A stretch of 64,000 nt of DNA, taken from positions 63,304,001 to 63,368,000 of the forward strand of contig NW_024704743.1 of assembly GCF_018977255.1 (NCBI RefSeq). The letters run 5' to 3'. Source of the stretch: Callorhinchus milii. Lineage: Eukaryota. Below the pieces are notes generated by a model. It saw nothing but the letters and a program-made list of their open reading frames with translations, was not told the DNA's origin and ran no database searches. Position 1 is the first letter of the stretch, and each line of letters opens with the position of its first letter. Position numbers and translations under genes: made by a program. Below, in pieces: positions 26,211 to 39,234 of this stretch.

Positions 26211-26554
26211 AATACAAAAGCAACAAGAAAACTTGAAACCACTATATAAATGCTGTCCCTCTAAAGATTTCACCCTTAAAACAATGTTCTCACTAATACT
26301 ATTACAATGTTAACATTACTATACACTACATTTAGATCAGCAATGTGAATAGACAAGCTATCATAACCATCAACTGCAACCTGCCAAACGACTCAACAAA
26401 CAATTAACAATTTTGTACTTAATATTGCATGAAATATATCTTTCTGACACCTAAGGAAACAAAACCAGGTCACAATTTCAGAGCCTTTTACACTTACTGG
26501 AAAATAGAGGTGGCACAACGTCATTCAATAAAAAGTTCTAAAAGGAAGTCACAC

Positions 26555-26900
26555 CTGTGACAACTGCTGTTTGGAATGGGGATTGGCTCAGCCCACTCCC
26601 AAAACGTGTGGTGTGTACCAAGAATTAAGAACTGAGGCATCAGAAGATGTTAAGTTAGATTAGATATTAAACCGAGATACCTCTGCCTATTCAGGTGGAT
26701 GTTAAAGCTTTAGTAGCACTATTCCAATAGAGATTCTCCTCGCAAGAAAAAAACTAATTTACTTCCAGGCCGTTTGTTGGACACTGCTGCATGCCAATTG
26801 GTTGCCATGTTCATCTACAAATACAGTCACTGCATTTTAGAGAAAAATCAGTGAAATGCTTCAAGATGTTTCAACACAAGGCACTATACAGGTTGCAAAA
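26555..26900 (+). mobile_element. Degenerate Deu-domain SINE
   Basis: agatattaaaccgag..ctgcctattcaggtggatgttaaag core followed by the shared tail. Confidence 0.6.
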
Positions 26901-27714
26901 ATTACTTGAGGGTTACCACCATAAGAAATCAGGGGAGGTTCAAATAATTTATTTTACTCTTGTTGATGTGAAATGTCTTACAATAAATGACTGCTGAAGT
27001 CCACAACATAACTTAAAAGAGAATTGGAAAAATACTTGAAAAATACATAAAAGGTATGGGTAAAGAGTATGGGATTTGGATGAGTTGAACTAATGAGGGA
27101 ACATTAGCAACAGTCCAGTCGCATTGGATGTTTTAAACGTTTTTAAAAAAAAACTAGAACTCAGATTAATTTCCAGACTCAGTCTGTACAAAGCCCTGAA
27201 GTTTTTGCTGACTTTAATTATCAGTAAGATTTCATACATCACAATACAATTTGTCAAAAGTATCATCCATACGAGTTCCAAATGAAAGTGTAAAAAAGAT
27301 AAAAACAAATAACGCACATTAAGCCTCACTATAATTTAATTAGGACGATAACCATAGAGTATATGAAAGTCTTTAAATGTATTTGTTCCTGGATCATGCA
27401 CTGTAATTTTATTTTTAAAAATTGGACAGATCAAAGCCCAAGAATCAAATTAATATCTTCAATTAATCCAGAACCCATTCAGTCTTTGAACAACAATTTG
27501 CCAATTTCATCCAAAGCAGTCCTGAGCAATAGGAAATCATTCAAATAGTTAATTTTGCTACAGTTAATTAAAATGTTACTCTAGGTTTGCCACTTTCTAG
27601 TCCTTTCCATCCTATAACAAATTGCTATAAAATATCCCTCCTGACTTGTGAAATAAGGATAGAGTTATTTCCCCTCCTCTGCTCAGCTACTTTTGAAACG
27701 TAACTGTTTGTACC

Positions 27715-27915
27715 TTGCCCTCTTCACATGACCATGGGTGACAGAGCCTTTAGCTGCCTCTCTCCCTATTTGTCTTAAAATCTCAACTTAAAACCTACCT
27801 CTTCAACTGCACCTATGGTCACTCCCCCTCAATCAGCATCTGACCAGGTCACTGCAAAGCTCTCTGAGATGTTATGCCAAGTGAATATGGCTAGATAAAT
27901 GCAGTTCTTGTTCCA
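27715..27915 (+). mobile_element. L2 3' end remnant
   Basis: gggtgacagagcctttagc..cttaaaacctacctcttc followed by the tail. Confidence 0.55.
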
Positions 27916-29479
27916 AGATTTCCTCACATTTTATGAGAGTTAGTTAAATGACTCAAAACTAAATGTAATGATAGTCCACGTCAGCAAACCCCACCCAATG
28001 ACGCACTGCCACAATAACAGGAGCTCTCTCAAACGTTTCCATTTTCAGGTACCACTCCTTATACTGAATAAGAAAACGTCACTCCTAACAAACTGCCATT
28101 ATTATTCCTTTTGCATAATCTATTCTTTGCCTTCCAAATGTTTATTCATTAGTACAAAACTACACTATACAGGATGTTCAAAACAATAAGCACATATAAG
28201 GTGTTCCTTGTAAAAAGAGAAACATTAGTAAAAATATTCTGTTTTAAAAGAAACTATTTCCGAGATTGAGGATGATTAGTTTTTGTTCCCATCTTACATC
28301 AGGAATTGAATTTGCAACAAATGATGGTTCATTTAGATTTAAATAGCGCCCTTCATACAGGGCATCGTCTTGAAATGCTTTCATGTCGGGGGGGGGGGGG
28401 GGGGGGGGGCAGCAGAAAGGATGAAAAAATGCAGAGACAAGTCTCAGGATAAGCTTTGAAACTGTTACTTTTTACTATTGTGGGTGGGGGAAAGTCGGAG
28501 GGATTCCAGGATGGAGCTTCAGAAAGTGGGGCAGAATGGTTCAATGATCAGCTAACTTAGCACAGCGTTTGTGCCTGGGAATGTCCCAGTTAGTATGGTT
28601 CAGTATAACACCATATGATGCATTTACATGTAAGCCAATAGGGGAGCAAAACAGATGCAAATTTTATCAGGCATTAAATTCACTTTACAACAGTTACAAT
28701 TTTCTTGGCAAACCTACAGTGAGAGAGTACGCTTCAGTTCCAGATAGTGGTTCCTACACAAACAAATATCCAACAAGTAATCTTGTGATTAATCATTCAG
28801 ACTAGATTTCCAACCATCACCAGAGGTCAAATAAGAGAAACGTGATGGATACCACTGCCTGTTCTAATGTAAAACTTTAATGTAGTGATGTATTTATACA
28901 ATAATTATTATTCTGTAAACAGAGGGTTGGATCTTCCTATCTACAGGAGCATGAATTGCAGAACAAAACATACAGCACTGTAAAATCTTTTAAGATTGAG
29001 TGGACCATAAACAATGTCAAAATAGGTTTCAACCATTAGCCCATTTCATACATAGGAGAATTACCCAAAATTTGTATGTTTAAATTTGTATGAGATATCC
29101 TTCTGACATGAAATGTGTCAGAGGTGGAGGTTTTACCCTCTGGATACTCAAAATATACCTTTGTTTTCTGTAGCCCTCCTCTACAAAAAATGTATTTCAA
29201 GCTTTTACTGGCAAACAGACATTTGGAAGACAAATAACAGTTTTTTTAAAAAGGTAATTTGTCAATGGAAATTACAAATTGAATAATTCATTATTTGGAT
29301 CACTATTTGGATTTCATAATAAAGATGCATATTTTTCATTTGTGAACTGTTTGTGTGCCAAGAAGATACTCTGAACTGTCTACACAGCATGATGCAACAG
29401 ATCTCAGCAGTACAACAACTTCCATTCAATATAGCGTCCATCACGAAGGGTAGCATCCCAGAGCGCTTGACAGTGATGG

Positions 29480-29970
29480 AGCATGAATGATTAGCCGGCA
29501 GAAGGAGAGGGGTGCCTGTAGGCACAGTCGAACAGGAAGGTGTTTAGGCACGATCTGAAGATGGGGAAGGAAGGGGAAATGCAGAAAGAGAGAGGAAGAG
29601 TGTTCCAGAGTTTCAGGGCATAGTAGCTGAAAGCGGGGCCACCGATAGGATTTGAAAACAAGTGTGAAGACCTTGAAAACGATCCATTCGGCGATAGGGA
29701 GCCAGTGGAACCTGGTTAGAATTGGCGTAATGGGTGTACGGAGTTTACTGTGGGTGGGTATTCAGGCTGGGGAGTTTTGGATCAGCTGTTTATGACCTTG
29801 ACAAGTGCTGTCTCTGTGCTATGGGCAAGGTGAAAATCAGACTCGAGGGCCTCGAGGAGGGAGTGGAGGGAGAGGTGTGAGCTAAATCAGTTAGCAACAA
29901 TGCGTTCCAAAGCTTTAACAAGGAAGGGTATGTTGGAAATTTGTAAGGTTGGAGGGGTCATGGGTATTTT
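29480..29970 (-). mobile_element. L2 LINE remnant with deletions
   Basis: gggagccagtggaac and gagttttggatcagctg motifs shared with other L2 copies. Confidence 0.6.
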
Positions 29971-30748
29971 TTTGAGGTTTAGTTGGATTATAGCATCCCA
30001 GAAAGCAAACCGACAGGAAACAACTTGTCGCAACAGTGAAGTTCCGCTCATTGGTGAAGTAGATGCCGATGTGCCAAGAAGTGAATACAGAGATTATTTT
30101 CACATTTTCACAAATGATGTACATTCGCAACATCCACACAAGGCCTCAAAGTACACGAGCTCTAAGCGTACGCACTTTCAAAGTACTTCACACTGCAACA
30201 GATATGTTCATGTTATGGAAAACAATATATCTAACAGGTGGTTACTGACATTTGATGCATGGAATAAACTTTAGAGTGTTTAAGCAGGAATGTTTAAGCT
30301 TTGTTATTTCAAATGCTGAAATCCAAATATTTTCAATGCCACTTTCACTTACCTACTTTTTCAAGGTTAAATAAAAATGGAGCAATTCCTCACTTATGTC
30401 ATTTCCCTGATTTACTGCAGTGTCTTTGGCTGAAAGACTGCTTGCAACTCAATTGTTAACCAAGAACCACAAGCAAGCTTTCCCCTTCTATATAGACTTA
30501 TTGTACACTTGCCAAAAGCAGAATTACAGAGAGGTTACTGTTAGAATCATCGCTCAACTCTGAACAATGGAAATGTCTTAAATGAACTGTCCATCTTACC
30601 CAAATTGCACTAGCATAGAATAAACCTAAGATGCTGCAATGACTAGTCACTGACAAAACCAGTATTACAACTTCTAGAGCCTATCCAGGTCGCCTAGCAA
30701 AGATCAAGGCATCTTTTACATATCTCTTCTACATACTGGAGCTTCTGG

Positions 30749-31166
30749 ATAATAATAATCCTTGCATTTGATATAGCACCTTATCACATCATTGAGACAT
30801 CTCAAAGCACTTCACAGGATATATTGTGTATGTTGTGGCCAAAACACAGCAACCAGCAGTACACTGCAAGGTCCCATAAACAGCCATGGAGTGAGTGGCC
30901 AATTTTATTTGCAGGATTGTTGTACAGGATACCGAGAGAAACTCCCTTCTCTTTTTGAATAGTGTCATGGGATCTTTAACATCCAGCTGAACAGACAGAT
31001 GGGACTTTGGTTTAATATCTCATACGAAGAACAACACTTCTGACACCCCCAGCAATGTATTGGAATGTCAGCTCAGACTATGTGATTCGAAGTCCCAACA
31101 TGGGGCTTGAACCCACAACTTTCTGACTCAGAAGTGAGAGTGCCAGCACTGTGCCAGGCTAACACT
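30749..31166 (-). mobile_element. Near full-length Deu-domain SINE (SacSINE1-like)
   Basis: tRNA-like head (ctgagtcagaaagttgtgggttcaagcccca), core gatgttaaagatcccatgacactattc and the shared tail. Confidence 0.8.
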
Positions 31167-31302
31167 ATAAGTGGATAGTGTTCACAGGCATATTTATTAA
31201 TGATATAGCAGGCAAATACTCTAAAAATCTTGAACAATGTTTATAGAAAAATATATTTTAGCATCTTAGTTATACATAGTTATGTATAGTGTTGTTGGCT
31301 TA

Positions 31303-31522
31303 ACTCCACACAGAGCCTAATAATAATCCCTCCAAAACCAAAAACAATAATAAATTGGTCAATTTCAATCTACGACTGTTTGTGGGACATTGCTGTGCTG
31401 AATTGGCTGCCGCGTTCGCCCACAAATATACAGTCAATTCACTTTACAGTGCGTTCTGTGAAGCGCTTTGGGACGTCCTCCCGACGTGAAAAGCGCTATA
31501 TCAAATGCAAGGATTATTATTA
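31303..31522 (+). mobile_element. 5'-truncated SINE (CTCCC-loop tail variant)
   Basis: Body and tail lie in tandem with the next copy. Confidence 0.9.
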
Positions 31523-31609
31523 TACAGATATACTTTTGTATCCTTGTGTTTATTTGTGTGTGATTACTGGTTCATCTCCCAAATCTCTCTACCTAACACT
31601 GTAGTCACT

Positions 31610-31930
31610 GTAGAGTCCTGTAGCTCAGTGGTTAGAGCACTCGCCTTGCAAGCGAGACACCTGGGTTCAATTCCAGACAGGGCGAAACCTTGGGCAAGTT
31701 TCCTTACTCCACACGCCTAATAATAATCCCTCCAAAACAAAACAATAATAACCTGGTCATTTTCAATCCACGACTATTTGTGGGACACTGCTGTGAGCAA
31801 TTGGCTGCCGCGTTTCGCTCACAAATATATAGTCAATTCACTTTACAGTCTATTCTGTGAAGCGCTTTGAGACGTCTAGAAAACATGAAAAGCGCTATAC
31901 CAAATGCAAAGATTATTATTATTGTTATTA
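31610..31930 (+). mobile_element. Full-length tRNA-derived SINE, copy 4
   Basis: A box TAGCTCAGTGG, anticodon arm CTCGC-CTTGCAA-GCGAG, B box GGTTCAATTCC. Possible degenerate TSD actgtagtc/actatagtc. Confidence 0.92.
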
Positions 31931-33782
31931 CTATAGTCTCCTACATGGGGCTTGAATCCACCATCTTCACGCTCAAAGGCAAGAATGCTATTAGCTGTGC
32001 TAGACTGACATCTCCAGGGTAGGAGAGATTTTAGTAGTTTGGTTTTGTCTAATGCAAATACTGCAGATCGCTGGTCCATACTAAAATTAGACCCGCAACA
32101 GTTGAAGTAAAAGATGTTTTTCAAAAACCCCAAAACTTTAAGTTCTAGCTGAGTAAAGCAGTTTTTTTAAAATGTGCTCTTAATGGGAGATGAACACAAA
32201 CTTCAATTGACAAGCACTAAAATAAAAACACAAAAACTGTTGAACAAAAGCAAGCAACAAACGTCAACAATAAAGTACAACAACCCAATCGCTGCAAGTT
32301 ACTATGAGAATTCATAGGGAACAGGGAACACAAAAACAGAATGGGGACAAATTGCTTCTCCGACGTGTGATGCGAATAATTTTATTTTTTGTGGGAATTG
32401 TGCTAACACAGGGGTTTCACTTCCAAATATTGACAAACCTCAAATCTAAGCAATCATCTCCATCTTCCCACCCCACCCTGAAATTAACATGTTTTCAAAT
32501 ACCTTTAGTCTTACTAATACCAGCTCATCTGGTAGTTTGCCAGCACTAACATTTGTGGGTCAGAAGCTTATGGGTTTAGGTTCATAAATCTAGCAGCATT
32601 GTTTGAGGAACTCTTTTACACATGAGGTATTAAACATAGGTGCTGTCAGCCTGTGCTTTTGTTCTGGTGGGCATTAAAGATTACTTGGTACTATTTCAAA
32701 GAGCAGGAAGTTTTTCTTATTGTCTGACCCAAATTCCTCCCTCATCCAAATGTGCGAAGAAAGCATTCCAGCAAAACGATGCCAGCAAAGTCTCATGTTT
32801 TGCTACACTTGAAAGAAACTCATTGTGTGAACACTTGATATTTTATTGGATCAATTTAAAATCTAATAATTATCTATTTCTTCTTCTAATGTTGCATATT
32901 GCTACATCTTCAGTTTCTACGTACAGGAGAGAGATTAACTGCTTTCAGAGTCAATTACAATTACAGAGACTCACTTATACAGCACAGATTAAGGCAGATT
33001 TGTAGAATCCTCAAACTGCACTCTCAACATTAGAACAGTTTAGTTATGGTTGTACTAATTTATGGTTATGTTTAGTTATGGTTGTACTAATCACTCCATT
33101 AATAATATTTTTATAATTGTATGGCAACATAATGAGCAATACACCTGTAGATGGAAATGTTTCTAAAAAAAAGCTGTGTCTTGCAAAAGCAATAAGTTAT
33201 TAAACATGTGGAAACACATTGGGGATATGTTTGAATAAACTGCCTTCCAAAATGCAGCCTTCATAAAATATATCATGCACTCTAGGGTTCCTGTAACAAT
33301 TAAAAAAAGTATTTTGTCACAATTATTGCTGCTGTAGCCAGGAACAACTCTGTTATTTGTACCAAACAGAGGCAATTTCTTAGTTTGTCCACTGCTAAAG
33401 CTAAAATAAATGATGGGCAACAATTAATAATAATTCAGCATCAATCTTAGGATATTTCTTTCTGTGTCCATTTCCTCTGGTCAAGTTATGGTAACTTGTT
33501 TTTATAATATTGCTTCAACCCTGTTTAATTACAGGAAAACAAGCTCTATAATAACTTAAGCCCCATTTGTTCTGCTGGAAACAAAATGATATGAAACAAA
33601 ATGGAGCAGAAAAACGGATTTATATTTCCTACTCATCCCATTGGTTGAGGATCAAGAGATGATTTATCTAACATCACTTACCAGAGCTGCACACCTTTGC
33701 AAAACCAGAATTGTATTAGGATGTTAAGTCATGTTAAAAAAAATAGGCCCTTGAAAGTTCTTTAAGAGACTAGTTAATAGTA

Positions 33783-34291
33783 ACAAAAACTCTTGCATTT
33801 GATGTCTTTCACGTCAGGAGGATGTCCCAAAGTGCTTCACAGGATTTACTGTGAAGTGGAGTAAATGTGTGTTTGTGGGAGAACGTGGCAGCTAATTTGC
33901 ACACATTGTCCCACAAACATGACCCATTCTATTATAATAATCCTTGCATTTGATATAGCACTGTATCATGTCATTGAGACCTTGCAAAGAATATACTGTA
34001 AAGTGGATTGACTGTATTTTGTGGACTGTAATATTTGAGGGTTTGTTGGCCAGGACCCCGGCAGAAATTCCCTTCTCTTTTCAAATAGCGCCTTGGGATC
34101 TTTAACATCCACCTCAAGAGGCTGATGGGACCTTTGTTTAACATCTCATCCGAAGGATAGCACGTCTGATAACAGCCTCCAGCACCACATTGGAGTATCA
34201 GCTTGGACTATGCAAGTCCAAGTCGTGGGGCTTAAACCCACAACTTTCTGACTCAAGAGGCGAGACTGCTGACAACTGAGCCAGGTTGGCA
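33783..34291 (-). mobile_element. SINE tail fragment plus Deu-domain SINE
   Basis: Two tails in tandem, core gggatctttaacatccacct, head caactgagccaggttggc. Confidence 0.75.
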
Positions 34292-36929
34292 AACCAAGAT
34301 TGATTTGCATGCATTGTTTTTGTGCAGCATAGCTGTAAATCAGCATGTTGCTAAAACCACTTTCTCAAGATGGACAGCCAAGCTTCAGTGTAATTCACTT
34401 CTCAACCCCAATGCACACTGTAAAAAATGCAGTATTAACAAGGCAACAACTGGTAGATCACAGTTGAGATGACAAATAGGTCAGTTATCTGTATGGCACA
34501 ATTAGCACAACTTTATGCATTTTTTTCCACATTGAAACAATGCAAACTTTGGGAGAAGAATACAAATGCAGATAAGCATTTCAGATGGTTGACTCACACC
34601 ACTCACCACCACACCACGTCTGCTGAGATTTCAAGATAGTGCCAGGTCAAAGTTTTAAGCTTACATTTTTAGAAAAAAAACATGTCAAAAGCCTTTAAGA
34701 GAGGAAAAAATTGGCTTTAAAAAAGTGTAGTTCACTCTTTTAAGTTTAATGTGGTTAAAAAAAAAAGCTGGCCCTCATGAGAAAAAATATCTGCCATTCT
34801 AGTTCCAATTTAGTGGAGTGGGCATGAATATGAATAAGCAGAAAATCTGCCCCAGGACTGCTCAAAGAAGGGTAAGAAATTCTATCATTATTTTAAAGTA
34901 CAGGTTTGATTATACGCAAGGCTTATGACATCACCACATGTCCCCAATGAGTTACTGGCTTGTAAACACGCTCCAGACTAGATATTATCCCATCTAATCG
35001 CTCCAGGGAATTATAACAACCTTGAAGAGGGAGCAGCTTTTTTCCACGACAATGGTCGTTTTCAGCCCAATTACCAATAGTTTGTTTATTTCATGATGGT
35101 GGGCAATGACATCCACACTGAAAAATGCAATCATTTCACAATCACTTCAAATAATGAAATAAAAGGCTTGAAAATATGTTTTAAAGCCAGTAGTTTGCAC
35201 TGGTGATCTTTAAATTACAGGTCAACCTCAAAAATGTGCACTTAGGAATAATGGATGCAACAGTCACACTATAAATAGCATAAAGAAAAAGTAAATCTTA
35301 CATTGTAAACCATTTTTACTTTTTTATTAATTTTGTACCCAAAATAGGCAAACGCATTCTGATGTGTTGCTTTAAATTTAAAGTTTAAATTCCTTAAAAC
35401 AAACACTGGAACTAATTCAACAATCGAAATCATGAACATCTGCATAACAGATTACAAACACTTACTGCTGGCAAAACAAGGCCCTGCATTGTCCACGTTC
35501 TATGGACTGTTCGATTTTGTTCTTGTCTTGCACCTTGAGGCTGCTACTATGCTGCCAGGCTCTGAATGAGGACATCTACATTTGACATGAAATAGGTTTG
35601 CAGCAGAACGTTTATATCAATACATTCAAATAATTCTTCAGTGACACATTTGCGTGGAACATCTTTACTCGGATCACTGGAAATGTACACAATAAAATTC
35701 AATTCAAAAAGAGGAGGACCGGCATTTGGTGGAACACAACCCCTTCCATGTGGGGGTGCAATTCATATTATGATGTTAGTTTTCCAACCATGAAAAGCCA
35801 GTTGATCACCATTTATGCTTCCACGTTATTTAGATGATAATATAGGTTAAAGTTTAAAGCAATGTAAGCATTTCTAGGATTAGTTTGTTTGAAGTACAAC
35901 TTTAAAAACATTTTAAAAGGAATAATTATAGTTAAATGCAAATATTAAAACACATCATTCCCTTATGAGCCCAAACCTTTGCCATGATTTTATATGGAAC
36001 AAATACTGAAAAGCAGTATGCAGCAGGAGCCAAAATGTAAATTCACGCCGTTCCTCAGTTCCTCCCAAGGTTTGAAAATCCATTGAATAAATTGAGAAAT
36101 AACTCAGCACCCAATCCTACACGGACTGAAATTCCAACAGCTACTGCATTCATTCACATATGTAGAACCAATTCCCATTTCCTATAAATTCCACACACAT
36201 CTTAAAAGCAAACAATCCCCTTCTGTATGCACTGTGTATGCGATCATCTGAAACAGGATTATACTCAGTTCCCAAAATTTCACACAATAAATTCTCAGCT
36301 CTTCAGTCCATAACGTACAAATCGTACTTCAGAAGTGTATATCAATAATCCTGTATACAGCATGTACTGTACGTTGTTCTTTTTTAAAAATACCACCTGT
36401 ATGCAAATACCATTTTAGAGTTAGAAACAAAAGCAAACAGCCCCTCTATTTTCTCTCCCACCTTCAAGGTCCTAAACAAATTTCCTGGTTTCTCTCCTTC
36501 ACCAGGAACGTGAGACTCAAGCTAAGGAGAACAGGGTTTACCAATGTTTCTTTTAATGTTAGGAGCAGTTCTCTAATGATGAAGAGCATAGATAATCCCT
36601 ACCTAAAGGAATGAGTGTACAGGAAGCTAATTGTACAAGGAAAAAACTGATAGGTTAAAATAATTAAACGGAGAAACAAAACATATGTGATTAGCAAGAA
36701 AAAAACAATCATTAGATTATAAGAGTTTCAAATGACAATGGCCATTTGATCTCACCTTTTCAGAACACCAAACCTATCACTTCCCCATTGCAGCATTAAG
36801 CTGTTTCTTAAATGAATCTGTAAAACGGCTGAAAAACGATTTATGGTAGAACTACTACAAGGCTGTAATTTAGGATGAGAAATATCTCTTACATCCCTTA
36901 AGGAGAAATATCTTCTTAAAAAAACTACT

Positions 36930-37156
36930 CTTGGTCCCTTCAACTTCGTGCACTACCACCCCATTTCAAACCTACACTTGCTGGCCAAAGCCCTGGAACG
37001 CATTGCTGCAAACCAACTTCGCTCACACCTGGTCCTTCACTCCTAACTCGAAACCCTCTAGTCCAATTTCTAACTCATTGTCAGACTCTGCCACTGTCAA
37101 GTGCTCCCGGACCTACCCCGTGTGAAGAGCGTTAAATAAACGCAAGTTGTTGTTGA
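36930..37156 (+). mobile_element. Internally deleted L2 (RT fragment joined to tail)
   Basis: cactaccaccccatttcaaacctacacttgctggccaaagccctggaacg encodes a YRPISNL..AKALER-like stretch. Ends aacgcaagttgttgttg. Confidence 0.65.
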
Positions 37157-38923
37157 TATATTTTTACCACTGAGCCACTCAGATGTATTAACCAATAGGA
37201 AGGAAAGCTCAGAGTCGGGAGACTGAGGCTCTTCTACAGTTAAACTGCTTTTTCCAATAGAGATCAGTGGGGGAAACAACACTTCATCTGCAGTAGCAGC
37301 ATACTGGTGCTCTGAACTAACCAAACACGACACAGCCGCATGTTTAAGCCAAAGTAAAATTACAGCACTTCTGAAACTTTTAAGGTTTTAACCCTTTGCA
37401 GACTAACATGTTTTCTACACCAAAAACAAAATCAGCATTTTGTTTTATGCAAAGTATTTTGATTCATAAAGAATGCCACACAACTCTTATCTTTCTTTAA
37501 AAAAGTAAGCAATTTTTAAAAACTTTTTTTAAATAGATGTCACATAGAAATGTGTCCATTTAAAATTGATAGTCAGTGCAACCATACTGCTAATTCCTCA
37601 TAATAATGTCTTCCCTCAGAAAGCTGCAGATGTTCCAGGGAATTGGAAAGGTACGTGTTGAAAGAAAGAAGTTAAGTCACTTTCCTTAATAAATGGTACA
37701 ACTGCTGAGTTTGAATGCTTCAATTTTCAAAGGACATACATACAGGAGGCCTACACTGTTTGTTTGCAAAGAAAGCAACTACATTATTGAGGACATGGGT
37801 TTCTGTCAATTAAAGTTACAATAAATTAAATTTGCACAGCCTTATATTAAATTAAAACTGCCCCCCCCCCATACACAAAATTGCATTGTACAAATCAACA
37901 CAAGTCAAACTATGGCTTCTCTGGGCAGCAAGAAAATAGTAAAAAAAATTCTATCAGATCAAACATCCTTTCATTTCCCATTGACCACTGACTAACCTCA
38001 CTTTCCCTACGAAAATGTAATGATCAATAAAAACAGATATACAAACCAGGTACAATAGAGCAGCTGATTCAACTCGTGCATATAAATAAATCCACACTGC
38101 AAATCTACACAAATGTTATCTTTTATCATCAAATCAGTCAGTTATTTCAGTTCCCTTTTTGAGCTCCTGCCTTGCTTGGTCTCACATTTACAACACACAG
38201 ACACAAGTGGAAGTTAAAACTAAATCTCAATTCCATCAGTTTCACTTTCATAATTTCAGCCAGTTTGGATGTTTATTTGGTACCTTGAAAAATAGCAGGC
38301 AAGCCCATTGGGGAATATAATATTTTATTAACATGCATGCATATACACCAAACATCTGGACAAATAATAAATAATCCCTCTCTACACCCAAAAAGCTATC
38401 TTCCAAGCATTTCTACCCAGGTAACTATACTGACCCAGGACAATTCTGGGTTCAAGGGGTTTTACTGATACAACTGATGTAACATTGTTAAGATAGCCTG
38501 CAGTGATATACAAATCCCAAGGTTACCCATTGTTTCTCAGAACCACTAATATGAAAAAAACTTCCTTGATTTCTTGTTCTGTATTTCTGAAACCCTCAGT
38601 GAGAGGAACGATTCTTCACACATATTCTCTACACATGGGAATAAAGAAAGACACTAAATAAATACGAGCAATAAAGTTTACATTGGCTGCCACCTTTAAA
38701 AGTGCTTCAATAATGTCTCACTGTTGATTCACTTTCATACTAAACTCTGACATTTGTTTAAATCCTGCATTCTCTTTAGTTTTCAATCTTTCCAATTCAT
38801 TTGCGATATTCTGAGCAACTAACCAGAACCTCACGTACCTTAAAACCTAGACCAGTAAAAGTTATAAACTGTTCCAAAGCATCCAACACCAATTGGAATA
38901 TTGGTGTTGGATGCTTTGGAACA

Positions 38924-39234
38924 GTGGAGTTCTGTAGCTCAGTGGTTAGAGCATTCGCTTTGCAAGCGAGAGATCTGGGTTTGATTCCCAGCAGGGTGAA
39001 ACCTTGGGCAAGTTTCCTTACTCCACATGTCTGATAATAATCCCTCAAAAAAAATTATAAATTGGTCATTTCAATCCACGACTGTTGGTGGGACCCTGCT
39101 GTGCGCAATTGGCTGCCACATTTCTCCCACAAATATACAGTCAATTCACTTTACAGTCTATTTTGTGAAGCACTTTGAGACATCTAGAAGACGTGAAAAG
39201 CTCTATATTAAATGCAAGGATTATTATTATTATT
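38924..39234 (+). mobile_element. Full-length tRNA-derived SINE, copy 5
   Basis: Complete head, body and (TTA)n tail. Confidence 0.92.

Noticed and set aside
22847..33090. Short direct duplications (22847 ctgtagactttg x2, 23488 tgataaggcactg x2, 33041 agttatggttgtactaat x2) and an 8-bp hairpin at 31271
   Set aside because: Ordinary slippage products with no further structure.
26488..35470. Minus-strand GTAAGT donors at ~26498, ~33681 and ~35466 as extra GALNT1 5'UTR exons
   Set aside because: No paired strong acceptor or promoter; such matches are expected by chance in 37 kb.
38927..38998. tRNA-Ala(TGC)-like cloverleafs here and at ~31614, ~5711, ~18460 and ~3009
   Set aside because: These are SINE heads. 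Each continues into the same body and tail, the acceptor stems are imperfect and the G3-U70 Ala identity pair is missing.
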